A DNA stretch of 64,000 nt. It comes from the human T2T-CHM13v2.0 reference genome, Homo sapiens. The notes below the pieces were generated by a model. It was given only the letters and a program-made list of their open reading frames with translations, had not been told where the DNA came from and did not search any database. Shown here one piece after another: positions 45,961-58,056 of this stretch (its first letter is position 1; the number at the start of each line of letters is the position of its first letter). The stretch covers positions 5,568,001 through 5,632,000 of the forward strand of contig CP086569.2 in assembly GCA_009914755.4 (NCBI GenBank), given 5' to 3'. The translations under genes and the position numbers were made by a program.

Positions 45961-46483
45961 GCTAATTTTATTGTATGAGAAATTTGCCTCAATTGAAAAT
46001 AACTGGCTCTGTCTCATTTTTTAAAATCTAACAAATCTGAAGTTTACATTTAATGGCTTAATGTTCTACTCCCTGTTGGATAATATATGCAATCTGATAG
46101 AGGGAGGTAATAATGCTTTAACACAAAGAATTGGTTAATGGTGAACATTTCTGGCAGGGCAAGTTAGATAAATATGGGTTATGGAGGTAGTCAAACCTCA
46201 ATTAATTCAAGTGTAAATGTGTTTTTTCTTACAGAACAATTTTTGTACATTGGTAATAGTGCTACTTCATGATTTTTGCATTTTTATGATTCAAATTTTA
46301 AAATCCTAATTATATATATAGTTAAAATGTAGTGCTCAGATGAGGCTTATTGAACAATTAGGGCTTTATTTCTGAAAGCGTGTGGTCTTAAGTGCTAGTA
46401 CTTTTGAATCCCATGTCTTTAGAAATATTATTATGTATACATATTTTTAAATGATTTGTCTTTTGCAGTAGGAGAGCACCTTG

Positions 46484-46838
46484 TGTCACCAGTGGAGACT
46501 GTCCAGGTTCTTGGCACCTTGAATAAAGAATTGGACAAACCACACAAAGCAAGGAAGGAATGAAGGGGTTTATTGAAAATAAATGTACACTCCACAGTGT
46601 GGGAGCGGGCTCAAGCATAGGGGATCAAGGGCCCCATTACAGTATTTTGGGGAGTTGCAACACCTTCTAGAGGATTCCATCGGTTACTTCGGGTATGCCC
46701 TTTGTAAATGGAGAGGATGAAGTAAAGTTACAAAGTCATTTACTTGGCCTACGCCCTATGGAGAGGATATTTCTTGTCATAGCTGAAGTGTGAATCGGCC
46801 TTATGTTCCCTGCCTCCAGACCCTATTTTCCTGCCTCA
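46484..46838 (-). repeat. LTR-like 355-bp interspersed repeat, copy 1 (paralog of 58737-59094)
   Basis: TG..CA termini (tgtcaccagtgg ... ctgcctca). On the minus strand, AATAAA is followed by ttgctttgtgtggtttgtcc. About 83% identical to copy 2 by eye. Confidence 0.4.
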
Positions 46839-49800
46839 TCTGCCCCGAGAGATGTGATCCTCATACATTTTTATGGGAGGCACAGGGACCAATGGTCTTT
46901 TTTCTGTAACTGCTTTATGCTGGCTTGAGGCACAGTCCCTACCTACTGGGGATCACAAAACTGTCATTCTGCTGTGTCTAGTAGAGGCAAGGTAGCTCCT
47001 TGATGGCCAGGGGTGGTGTCTTCACTTGGAACTGGCTGGACCCTTTGTTGCATGATCATCTAAAGCTTGATGCTTTCTAGGTGAGAGGAAATGAATTTGG
47101 TTAAAAGATTTAATGGGAACTTCATGGGGTGGATACTTCTGCTGTCAGGAATGTTTGTTATAGAGAATTGCAAGAGAAAAAACAAAACCTGGTTTGTTCT
47201 AGAATCTATGTGTTTCCTTAAAGTCTTAGCACAAGTCACTCCATTTGGTTTGGTTTGGACTATTGGGGCCTAGTGCATGAGATTACTTCAAAACAATGGC
47301 CTCCCAGAATTTTGTTTAAAAAATTCCACCTTTTTGGTTAGGTTCTCACTTAGGTGAGAGTTTAACCAAAACTTAGGGCCTTAGCACCACTTAGTCAACA
47401 TCATTTTGGGTTTCTGGTTTCAGCACATTAGGTTATGGTGTCCTCATGGTTGCACATTTCTTTCAGCTCCTGTTATTCCAGCTTAAGAGAGACCATACGA
47501 CATTCTAGAGATGACTGCATGCAAGCATTTAAAACCTTTGAGATAATACAGCACACCAGGGACACTATTATTATGACTATTGGGAGGATAATACCAACAG
47601 TTTGGACTATGCTCCTTACCCAATGTCCCCATAAACCAAACTTCCTAAAATCAAATAGATCAAAGACTGACTTAACTAAGCAGTTTCTTCATTAATCCAC
47701 TACCACTGAATTTCTATAATTCTCATTTGATGTATTCCTTTATAGGTCACAAGTTCCAGAAGCTGCACAGATACTTTTCTGTTCAGCCAATCCCATTATA
47801 AGTTTCACAATAGAATTTAAAGTCTTGTGAAATTGTAGCCTTTACAGTATTATTTGCTATAGAGCCTATCATGGGGGATACATTTCTAGTTATTGCCTCT
47901 TTCACTATGGAAAAAGGAAGTAACAGACAATGCCCTTCTAGAAGAATGAAGACCTCCTGGCAATGCTCTTTTTAACCCCTGATGTGGGTCAACAGGGGTG
48001 AACCAATGTTTTATTTTTGACTGATTATGAGGCAACACATGTACCATTAAAGTTTCGTACCTATGTTGGGTCTTTATCTTTGATTTTTCATAGTATAAGT
48101 TTATCCATGTTTAAGGCTGGCTGCAAACCCCTTCCCAAATAAAAATATACCCCATAAGTGGCCATAACAGACCCCTTTTTCACTTCTATTCCTCATAGAG
48201 GCAGAAGCAAGGAAAAAATATTCAAAGAGCTTCATGATAGTAGAAGTCTTAATCTGTAAACTTGGGGAAAGCTGTTTACATAAAGGATGCCATCTTTTTC
48301 TTGGGAGAAATTTCCCTGGTTAGTTTTATCTTAAGGGTTCCAAAGGGTGTACAGCTCCAAGAGTGTGGAGGGACCCTTCTCAACTGCAAGACCATGAACC
48401 CAAAGCCCAGGGTCCCAAAGTTTTGTTGTAGTGTGCGTAGCAAGGACAGTTTTTTCCTGATGTTTCCAGAATATTCAAACTATAAAAGCTTTCTTTACCT
48501 GATGAAAATACACTGTAGCATAATAATCTTCTCTTATAACATCAGCCCTCTTGCATGGGAAAGCTTTTATACAACCAGAAAAGATGCATTAAAAGTAACA
48601 ATTGAATGAAATCCCTTTATAAAGTGTTTAAATGGCCTACCAGGTAACCAAGTGTAACTGCAGCTTTAATTGTTTTTCCAGAAATATGGGGCCAAACATT
48701 GGTTATAAACTATTCTAGTAATTTGTAAGATACCACACCTATGTATTCAATTTGGATTATTTTATATTTTTCATGATGAATTATGGAATGCAGAACTGTT
48801 AATAATAAAAGCTTTAAGGGCTCAGGAAGGACAAGAAGGCCATCCTGGTTCTCCACGAACCCATGCTTAATTAACATTAGACTTATATCCTCTTGAATAC
48901 CAGTTGTATTTCCAAATTTGGTGCATAGCACTGACAAGGAAATTCGGTTATTTCTGTGATTTACAATAACTTAACATAATAACCATAATTATAATTGACA
49001 GTATATATTTAGATATTAGAATTTTAGCAATCTCATACAATTTTGGAACATATATTAGTATTAGTCACAAAAATATGACCCAAACAATATTAAGCATCAT
49101 TTTGACAATCTCGTGTAACTAAACACGTTAAATAATCCTGTTTATCTCCTTTCTGGATGTTTTAAGGGGCCCTCTGATTCATCCTAAAAGCCAGCCACCA
49201 AGAAAGACAATTTTGGAACTGAAGTTTGATTTTGGAATTTCAGATTACCATAAATTATTTATTTTGCCAAAATGATGACTTAGGGATTTAAATAAGTAAA
49301 AACTTTTTTATAATCTTTAACCCCCCACAAAAAATCCAAATTCTACTGTTTTTACACATTTTGCATGTAAAGCTGTGTCTAGTAGTGTTAATTGCATGTT
49401 ACAATGGCAAATTTTAATATAAATCCTGGTAAGTTGTGTTCTGATAAGGTTTGACTATCTCCAGCACAGCTAGGAATGTGGCCAACTCCACATGTCCCCA
49501 GGCCTTACCTAGCTGGAAAGCAGACAAGTTAAACAATTTTCAAAAGCCAAACAAGCAGCTTATGACCTTAACGCATTTAGCAAACCTAACATTTGAACAT
49601 AATTTAGACCACATGTTTACATTATGAAGACATTTGTATTTTACCAGTAATCTTTAAAACTATCTTTATTTCCCAAAGATCACTCAAGTTACATGAACTA
49701 AATAAAAGGCATTATATTTTTCACTTTTCTGACAAAATATTTAAGATCTTATTATTAAGCCAATTAATTTAAAACTTTACAGAGGAAATAAACAGTGACT

Positions 49801-50144
49801 TTTACTTTATGTTAGGCAAAGAGAGAAATATGACTTAAATTGTATCTAGGAGCGTATACTCAACACACTTAAAGTATCAGGAAGCCTAAAATCCAAAAAG
49901 TTAGTTTAAGGTTAAAAGGCTGGTGTGCTCTATCAATTCCTCTCGGCCCATCAAAGGTAGCCTAGGAATTCCAAATAAATGGAAGAAATGATGACTTGCT
50001 AGAAATGCATAGGAAACAAAATAACTATTCACAGAAACAAAAGCCTTCCACTAGAAACTAAAACAAAAATGTTTTTTTTATATATGCAAACACAAGCAAA
50101 GCCAGAGAAGAATAAACAGTGAACAAATGAAAACTAGAAGTAAA

Positions 50145-50770
50145 CCGTCTGGGAAGTGAGGAGCGCCTCTGCCCGGCCCCCACACCGTGTAGGAAGTGAA
50201 GAGGCCTCTGCCCGGGCCGCAATGTCTGGGAAGCTAGGAACGCCTCTGCCCAGCGGCCTCACCATCTGAGAAGTGAGGAGCGCCTCTGCCCAGACGCCCC
50301 ACCATCTGGGAAGTGAGGAGCCTCTCTGCCCGGCCGCCCCATCGTCTGGAAAGTGAGGAGCCCCTCTGCCCGGCTGCCCCACTGTCTGGGAAGTGGGGAG
50401 CACATCTGCCCGGCCGTCCCACCATCTGGGAAGTGAGGTGACCCTCTGCCCGGCCGCCGCCCCGACTGGGACGTGAGAAGCGCCTCTGCCTGGATGCCCT
50501 ACCGTCTGTGAAGTGAGGAGCGCCTCTGCCTGGCTGCCACACCTTCTGGGAAGTGAGGAGCGCCTCTGCCCTGTGGCGGTCCTGCCTGGGAAGTGAGATG
50601 CGCCTCTGCCCTGTGGCGGTCCTGCCTGGGAAGTGAGATGCGCCTCTGCCTGGCGGCCACACTTGACTAATGCCTCTGCACCACTGCGCCACCGTCTGGG
50701 AAGTAAGGAGCGCCTCTCCCTGGCCGCCCCACCGTCTGAGAAGTGAGGAGCGCCGTTGCCCGGCCGCCGC
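50145..50770 (+). repeat. GC-rich tandem array, about 15 units of 40-45 bp, related to the SVA VNTR region (SVA2-like satellite), with no flanking SVA modules
   Basis: Units gtctgggaagtgaggagcgcctctgcccggccgcccca(c/t)c are seen directly. A perfect internal unit duplication (gcgcctctgccctgtggcggtcctgcctgggaagtgagat) occurs twice. Confidence 0.7.
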
Positions 50771-52391
50771 TGTGCAACCCTCCAAGTATGAAGTGGCAGT
50801 CATGTGTGTGATCTTTATGCCCTCCCCAAGTTTGCATTTTTGACATTAAAGTTTACTTTTAAATTAAAAAGAGAAAGACAACTAGAAGCAAAAACAAACA
50901 GAAAACCAACCCTAAATTTTCCCACTTAATTTACCCTGGAGGCTACAGTGTTACCTAGGGCCAAAAAAACCCCACATAATGAATGTTTTATTCCTGATAC
51001 ACAATTCAATATCCTTAAGCTCACTAATATTATCATACATCTTTTGCAATCAATAAATTTACCTTAGGCACATGACTGATCAGTACTCCAGTGCCAGCGC
51101 TGTCCATGCAACACAATAAACATAGTGTGAAGCAATGCAAGCATGTATGTGAAATTTGGCTCCACATTAACTCCAGCTTCATGCTTAACTATGTAAAAAA
51201 GGAATAGCCAAACTGCCGATGCATTTCTTTACAATTCTTCTTATTTAACTTTAATCAAGACTAAGAGCTTTAACTATGAAAATGTTAATTAGCCAAATGT
51301 CTTCAATTATCAGGTTTTAAGAAATATTTTATTATTGAAACTTTTTTCACATCTTTCTCTCCTATTTAATGATTCCTTATTGCATTGTTTTATAAATAAC
51401 CTTTTCGAATCTGTAAATTAAACTAACTTTTAGATAACTTCTGAATTAGAAAAAATTATTCTTTTTTCCACTAATAACATAAACTTTCTGGCACATTTTG
51501 TATACAGAATTACCAGTTAACTAAATTTTTTATCTTTGGTAACCTAAAGCTTTAGTGAAACCCTAAAAAGCAAGAAATCCTGAGCTATCAGATATGGGCA
51601 TTTATAGATAAAAACAATTCCACAATTTTAGAAACATATTTCCCAATATCACAACCCTTTCTTAATTGGAAATGACCCAAATATTAAGTGAGCATTAAAA
51701 TAAGTTTAAGATTTTAATTTACAAGAAAAGTTTATCTAAAACATTTATCCCATTCGCTGTACTTAATTTTTACTTTTAAGGAGGGAGACACAAGACATCA
51801 ATCGGCATATGTAAAATGAACATCACATTGGTCTGGAAAGGCAGGAGAACTTGAGGCAGGTTGGGGGAATGGGGGCTTTCAGATTCAGGTAGTTGGAAGA
51901 CAAAAAGTTGCATTCTTTTGAGTTTCTGATTAGCCTTTCCAAAGGAAGCAATCAGATCTGCACTCATCTCAGTGAGACTTTGAATAGAATGGGAGGCAGG
52001 CTTGCCCCAAGCAACTCCCAGCTTGAATTAACAATGACATTTTAAAATATCTAGCGAAGACAAACATAAAATTCAGACAAAATGTATGCTGACAATTCTA
52101 AAGGCATTTCTATTTTTATTCCACCAATAATTTTAAAGCTGTCTTGTTTAGTAAAGTTATACTTTAAGTCATGTGAACTTGAAAATAGCTTAGACTTACT
52201 TAATTTATGAGCGCTCATTTACTTACAAGCCAATTTGGTAGACACAACATATAACAATAAGTGTACATACAAATAAACACATCTAAACATATATATATAT
52301 ACACACATAAACAAAGATCTAATAGCTTGGGACCTTAGCCATGAGACAGCAATACAATACTTCGCCAGTTTTACTTTGCCCCAATAGATAA

Positions 52392-52754
<363 letters not shown>

Positions 52755-53128
52755 AGGTAGTTTGATTTTTAAAGGCCAAACCTCCCCAGATTCCAAAAAG
52801 CACTGAGGCCAAACAGTACCAAAGGAGGGCATCACATATTAAACAGGCCTTCTGCTTAGAACAGCAGCACAAAAGCCTGGATACATGCAACACCATCCCA
52901 CTTTCTGATTAGACAGCAAAGTTCAGATTCTGAACAATTTTGGAGCCAAGCATCATTGCAAGTGAGAGAGAAAATTCTAAAGAGGGCTTAATACTAGACC
53001 TCAGAACCTCTGCAGAGTGTCCCTTTGGGCAGGTTGAGGTCTGCAGGATTACCTGGAGCATTCTCCAGATGTCTCTGCCTTTAGGTGGGCACCGGTGCCA
53101 CTTTGCATGCGTTCCCTCCGGAGCCTAC

Positions 53129-53580
53129 TGTCAGGCCTCTGAGCCCAAGCCAAGCCATTGCATCCCCTGTGACTTGCACGCATACGCCCAGATGGCCTGA
53201 AGTAACTGAAGAATCACAAAGGAAGTGAATATGCCCTGCCCCACCTTAATTGATGACATTCCACCACAAAAGAAGTGTAAATGGCCGGTCCTTGCCTTAA
53301 CTGATGACATTACCTTGTGAAAGTCCTTTTCCTGGCTCATCCTGGCTCAAAAAGCACCCCCACTGAGCACCTTGCGACCCCCACTCCTGCCCGCCAAGGA
53401 ACAACCCCCTTTGACTGTAATTTTCCTTTACCTACCCAAATCCTATAAAACGGCCCCACCCTTATCTCCCTTTGCTGACTCTCTTTTTGGACTCAGCCCA
53501 CCTGCACCCAGGTGAAATAAACAGCCATGTTGCTCACACAAAGCCTGTTTGGTGGTCTCTTCACACGGACGCGCATGAAA
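53129..53580 (+). mobile_element. HERV-H 5' LTR (LTR7 type)
   Basis: Full match to LTR7 termini. TATA-like cctataaaacgg at 53445. AATAAA at 53517 in gtgaaataaacagcc. Confidence 0.92.
53445..53451 (+). promoter_or_regulatory. TATA-like element of the LTR7 U3 promoter, with the poly(A) signal AATAAA 66 bp downstream at 53517-53522
   Basis: tataaaa lies in the conserved LTR7 context tcctataaaacggcccc. This is the typical U3/R arrangement. Confidence 0.6.
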
Positions 53581-53582
53581 TT

Positions 53583-53600
53583 TGGTGCCGTGACTCGGAT
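53583..53600 (+). promoter_or_regulatory. Primer-binding site complementary to the tRNA-His 3' end
   Basis: tggtgccgtgactcggat lies 2 nt after the LTR terminal ..gaaa. This is the canonical HERV-H PBS. Confidence 0.85.
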
Positions 53601-54017
53601 CGGGGGACCTCCCTGGGGAGATCAATCCCCTGTCCTCCTGCTCTTTGCTCCGTGAGAAAGATCCACCTAGGACCTCAGGTCCTCAGACCGACCAGCCCAA
53701 GAAACATCTCACCAATTTCAAATCCGGTAAGCAGCCTCTTTTTACTCTCTTCTCCAACCTCCTTCACTATCCCTCAACCTCTTTCTCCTTTCAATCTTGG
53801 TGCCGCACTTCAATCTCTCTCTTCTCTTAATTTCAATTCCTTTCATTTTCTGGTAGAGACAAAGGAGACACGTTTTATCCATGGACCCAAAACTCCGGCA
53901 CCGGTCACGGACTGGGAAGGCAGCCTTCCCTTGGTGTTTAATCATTGCAGGGATGCCTCTCTGATTATACACTCACATTTCAAGGGTGTCAGACCACGCA
54001 GGGACGCCTGCCTTAGT

Positions 54018-54370
54018 CCTTCACCCTTAGCGGCAAGTCCCGCTTTCCTGGGGAAGGGGCAAATACCCCTCAACCCCTTCTCTCCTTGTCTCTACCCCTT
54101 CTGTGCTTTTCTGGGGCAGGGGCAAATACCCCTCAACCCCCTCTCCTTCACCCTTAGCGGCAAGCCCTGCTTTCCTGGGGCAGGGGCAAGTACCCCTCAA
54201 CCCCTTCTCCTTCACCCTTAGCAGCAAGTCCTGCTTTCCTAGGCAGCAAGAACCCCCCAATCGCTTATTTCCACGCCCCAAGCTCTTATCTCTGTGCCCC
54301 AATCCCTTATTTCCGCACCCTGACCTCTTATCTCTGTGCCCCAATCCCTTATTTCTGTGCCCCAACTCCT
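54018..54370 (+). repeat. Two adjacent tandem-repeat blocks in the HERV-H leader upstream of gag
   Basis: About 3.5 units of cttcacccttagcggcaagtcccgctttcctggggaaggggcaaatacccctcaaccccttctc, followed by about 4 units of ccccaatcccttatttc(c/t)g(c/t)(g/a)cc. Confidence 0.8.
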
Positions 54371-54450
54371 TCTCTGCTTTTCTGGAGGGCAAGAACCCCC
54401 CACCCCTTCTCCGTGTCTCTACTCTTTTCTCTGGGCTTGCCTCCTTCACT

Positions 54451-55565
54451 ATGGGTAAGCTTCCACCTTCCATTCCTCCTTCTTCTCCCTTAGCCTATAT
54501 TCTTAAGAACTTAAAACCTCTTCAACTCACACCTGACCTAAAACCTAAATGCCTTATTTTCTTCTGCAATGCCGCTTGACCCCAATACAAACTCGACAGT
54601 AGTTCTAAATAGCCAGAAAATGGCACTTTGAATTTTTCCATCCTGCAAAATCTAAATAATTCTTGTCGTAAAATAGGCAAACGGTCTGAGGTGCCTGATG
54701 TCCAGGCATTCTTTTACACATCAGTCCCTTCCTAGTCTCTGTGCCCACTGCAACTCATCCCAAATCTTCCTTCTTTCCCTCCCACCTGTCCCCTCAGTAC
54801 CAACCCCAAGCGTCTCTGAGTCTTTCTCATCTTCCTTTTCTATAGACCCATCTGACCTCTCCCTTCCTCCCCAGGCTGCTCCTCGCCAGGCTGAGCTAGG
54901 TCCCAATTCTTCCTCAGCCTCCGCTCCTCCACCCAATAATCCTTTTATCACCTCCCCTCCTCACACCTGGTCCTGCTTACAGTTTCGTCCTGTGACTAGC
55001 CCTCCCCCACCTGCCCAGCAATTTACTCTTAAAAAGGTGGCTGGAGCTAAAGGCAGAGTCAAGGTTAATGCTCCTTTTTCTTTATCCCAAATCAGATAGC
55101 GTTTAGGCTCTTTTTCATCAAATATAAAAATCCAGCCCAGTTCATGGCTCGTTCGGCAGCAACCCTGAGACACTTTACAGCCCTAGACCCTAAAAGGTCA
55201 AAAGGCCATCTTATTCTCAATATACATTTTATTACTCAATCTGCTCCCGACATTAAATAAAACTCCAAAAACTGGAATCTGGCCCTCAAACCCCACAACA
55301 GGACTTAATTAACCTCACCTTCAAGGTGTGCAATAACATAAAAAAGTTGCAACTCCTTGCCTCCACTGTGAGACAAACCCCAGCCACATCTCCAGCACAC
55401 AAGAACTTCCAAATGCCTGAACTGCAGTGGCCAGGCATTCCTCCAGAACCTCCTCCCCTAGGAGCTTGCTACACGTGCCAGAAATCTGGCCACTGGGCCA
55501 AGGAATGCCTGCAGCCCAGGATTCCTCCTAAGCTGCATCCCATCTGTGTGGGACCCCACTGAAAA
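54451..55565 (+). pseudogene. HERV-H gag remnant (MGKLPP.. start, CA-like segment, NC zinc knuckle), interrupted by stops and frameshifts
   Basis: ATGGGTAAGCTTCC at 54451. ORF 54698-55099 ends ..LKKVAGAKGRVKVNAPFSLSQIR, a gammaretrovirus-like CA N-terminal motif. CYTCQKSGHWAKEC (C-X2-C-X4-H-X4-C) at 55467-55508. Confidence 0.7.
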
Positions 55566-55742
55566 TCGGACTGTTCAACTCACCTGGCAGCCACTCCCAG
55601 AGCCCCTGGAACTCTGGCCCAAGGCTCTCTGACTGACTCCTTCCCAGATCTTCTCGGCTTAGCAGCTGAAGACTGACACTGCTCGATTGCCTCGGAAGCC
55701 CCCTAGACCATCACGGACGCCGAGCTTTAGGTAACTTTCACA

Positions 55743-56100
55743 GTGGAGGGTAAGTCTGTCCCCTTCTTAATCAATACAGAGGCTACCCACTCCACATTAC
55801 CTTCTTTTCAAGGGCCTGTTTCCCTTGCCTCCATAACTGTTGTGGGTATTGACAGCCAGGCTTCTAAACCTCTTAAAACTCCCCAACTCTGGCGCCAACT
55901 TAGACAATACTCTTTTATGCACTCTTTTTTAGTTATCCCCATCTGCCCAGTTCCCTTATTAGGCTGAGATATTTTAACCAAATTATCTGCTTCCCTGACT
56001 ATTCCTGCACTATAGCCGCATCTCATTGCTGCCCTTCTTCCCAATCCAAAGCCTCCTTTGCGTCCTCCTCTTGTATTCCCCCACCTTAACCCAGAAGTAT
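55743..56100 (+). pseudogene. HERV-H protease remnant with a degenerate active site
   Basis: ORF 55743-55967 reads ..VPFLINTEATHSTL.. where functional retroviral proteases have L(I/V)DTGA. Confidence 0.55.
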
Positions 56101-56120
56101 AAGATACCTCTACTCCCTCC

Positions 56121-56700
56121 TTGGCGACCGATCACGCACCCCTTACCATCTCATTAAAACCTAATCACCCTTACGCCGCTCAACACCAATATCCCATCCC
56201 ACAGCATGCTTTAAAAGGATTAAAGCCTGTTATCACTCACCTGCTACAGCATGGGCTTCTAAAACCTATAAACTCTCTTTGCCATTCCCCCATTTTACCT
56301 GTCCTAAAACCAGACAAGCCTTACAAGTTAGTTCAGAATCTGCGCTTTATCAACCAAATTGTTTTGCCTATCCACCCCATGGTGCCAAACCCATATACTC
56401 TCCTATCCTCAATAGCTCCCTCTACTACCCATTATTCTGTTCTGGATCTCAAACCTGCTTTCTTTACTATTCCTTTGCACCCTTCATCCCAGCCTCTCTT
56501 TGTCTTCACTTAGACTGACCCTGACACCCATTAGGCTCAGCAAATTACCTGGGCTGTACTGACGCAAGGCTTCACAGACAGCCCCCATTACTTCAGTCAA
56601 GCCCAAATTTCATCCTCATCTGTTACCTATTCGGCATAATTCTCATAAAAACACACGTGCTCTCCCTGCTGATCGTGTCCGATTAATCTCCCAAACCTCA
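56121..56700 (+). pseudogene. HERV-H reverse-transcriptase N-terminal remnant, truncated
   Basis: ORF 56121-56513 reads ..LKPVITHLLQHGLLKPINS..PILPVLKPDKPYKLVQNLRFINQIVLPIHPMVPNPYTLLSSI..YSVLDLKPAFFTIPLHP.. The downstream frame carries ..LTQGFTDSPHYFSQ.. (RT QGF.DSP motif). The rest of pol/env is largely deleted. Confidence 0.7.
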
Positions 56701-57591
56701 ATCCCTTACAAAAGAATAACTGCTTTCCTTCCTAGGCATGGTTAGTGTGGTCAGAATTCTTACACAAGAGCCAGGACCACACTGTGTAGCCTTTCTGTCC
56801 AAACAACTTGACCTTACTGTTTTAGCCTAGCCCTCATGTCTGCGTGCAGCGGCTGCCACTGCTTTAATACTGTTAGAGGCCCTAAAAATCACAAACTATG
56901 CTCAACTCACTCTCTACATTTCCCATAACTTCCAAAATCTATTTTCTTCAGAATTCAGGCCTGTCCTCAGAATGCTACAAGGTACAGCCAATTTAAGCTC
57001 CTGTATAGACGTTCCTTTTTATTAGGCCCCAGTCTCATTCAACACCAGACCAACTTAGACTGTGCCCCAAAAAAACTTGTCATCCCTACCATCTTTTGTC
57101 TAGTCATACTCCTATTCACCGTTCTCAACTACTCATACATGCCCTGCTCTTGTTTACACTGCCGGTTTACACTGTTTCTCCAAGCCATCACAGCTGATAT
57201 CTCCTGGTGCTATCCCCAAACTGCCACTCTAAACTCTTGAAGTAAATAAATAATCTTTACTGGTAGGACTATGCTGAATCTCCTCAGGCACTATACCTGT
57301 TTTTCTCCTTCTGTTATTCCATTTAGTTTTTCAATTCATACAAAACCGTATCCAGGCCATCACCAATCATTCTATACAACAAATGTTTCTTCTAACATCC
57401 CCACGATATCACCCCTTACCACAAGATCTCCTTTCAGCTTAATCTCTCCCACTCTAGGTTCCCACACCGCCCCTAATCCCGCTCGAAGCAGCCCTGAGAA
57501 ACATCGTCCACTCTCTCTCCATACCACCCCCCAAAAATTTTCGCCGCCCCAACACTTCAACACTATTTTGTTTTATTTCTCTTATTAATAT

Positions 57592-57604
57592 AAGAAGGCA
57601 GAAA
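57592..57604 (+). promoter_or_regulatory. Polypurine tract immediately 5' of the 3' LTR
   Basis: aagaaggcagaaa directly abuts the tgtcagg start of the 3' LTR. Confidence 0.6.
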
Positions 57605-58056
57605 TGTCAGGCCTCTGAGCCCAAGTCAAGCCATCGCATCCCCTGTGACTTGCACGTATAAGCCCAGATGGCCTGAAGTAACTGAAGAATCACAAAAGAA
57701 GTGAATATGCCCTGCCCCACCTTAACTGATGACATTCCACCACAACAGAAGTGTAAATGCCAGTCCTTGCCTTAACTGATGACGTTACCTTGTGAAATTC
57801 CTTCTCCTGGCTCATCCTGGCTCAAAAAGCACCCCCACTGAGCACCTTGCGACCCCCACTCCGGCCCACCAGAGAACAAACCCCCTTTGACTGTAATTTT
57901 CCTTTACCTACCCAAATCCTATAAAACGGCCCCACCCCTATCTCCCTTTGCTGACTCTCTTTTCGGACTCAGCCCACCTGCACGCAGGTGAAATAAACAG
58001 CCATGTTGCTCACACAAAGCCTGTTTGGTGGTCTCTTCACACGGACGCGCATGAAA
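57605..58056 (+). mobile_element. HERV-H 3' LTR (LTR7 type)
   Basis: Collinear with the 5' LTR. By manual alignment about 19 differences over about 452 bp. Confidence 0.92.

Larger units (their letters stand above)
53129..58056 (+). mobile_element. HERV-H endogenous retrovirus provirus (LTR7 - gag/pro/pol remnants - LTR7), internally deleted, 4928 bp, flanked by 5-bp duplication CCTAC
   Basis: Both LTRs start tgtcaggcctctgagcccaag and end ..ggtctcttcacacggacgcgcatgaaa, which is the LTR7 consensus. The PBS is tggtgccgtgactcggat (tRNA-His). CCTAC is found at 53124-53128 and 58057-58061. Confidence 0.92.

Noticed and set aside
46839-49400. Possible ERV internal region adjacent to the LTR-like element at 46484-46838 (ORFs 47435-47695, 48262-48609, 48710-48937)
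   Set aside because: The translated ORFs show no recognisable gag/pol/env motifs, and the second LTR-like copy has unrelated flanks. I could not support a provirus call.
50145-50770. Possibility that the regular repeat array is a CRISPR array
   Set aside because: The units are contiguous 43-bp degenerate tandem copies with no unique spacers. The context is primate DNA with Alu/L1/HERV, the array is GC-rich with CpGs, and there are no cas genes. It is a eukaryotic VNTR.
50234-50803. 189-aa minus-strand ORF, the second-longest in the ORF track
   Set aside because: It lies entirely within the GC-rich 43-bp tandem array. The peptide is a periodic GRGAPHF/EALLTSQ repeat with no start context. 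It is a repeat artefact, not a gene.
53472-54221. 249-aa plus-strand ORF, the longest in the window
   Set aside because: It begins inside the HERV-H 5' LTR (U5), reads through the tRNA-His PBS and the leader tandem repeats, and ends before the gag ATG at 54451. It is non-coding leader sequence kept open by repeats.
54027-54579. 148-aa minus-strand and 158-aa plus-strand ORFs
   Set aside because: Both are generated by the HERV-H leader tandem repeats (Pro/Leu/Ser-rich periodic peptides). No coding evidence.
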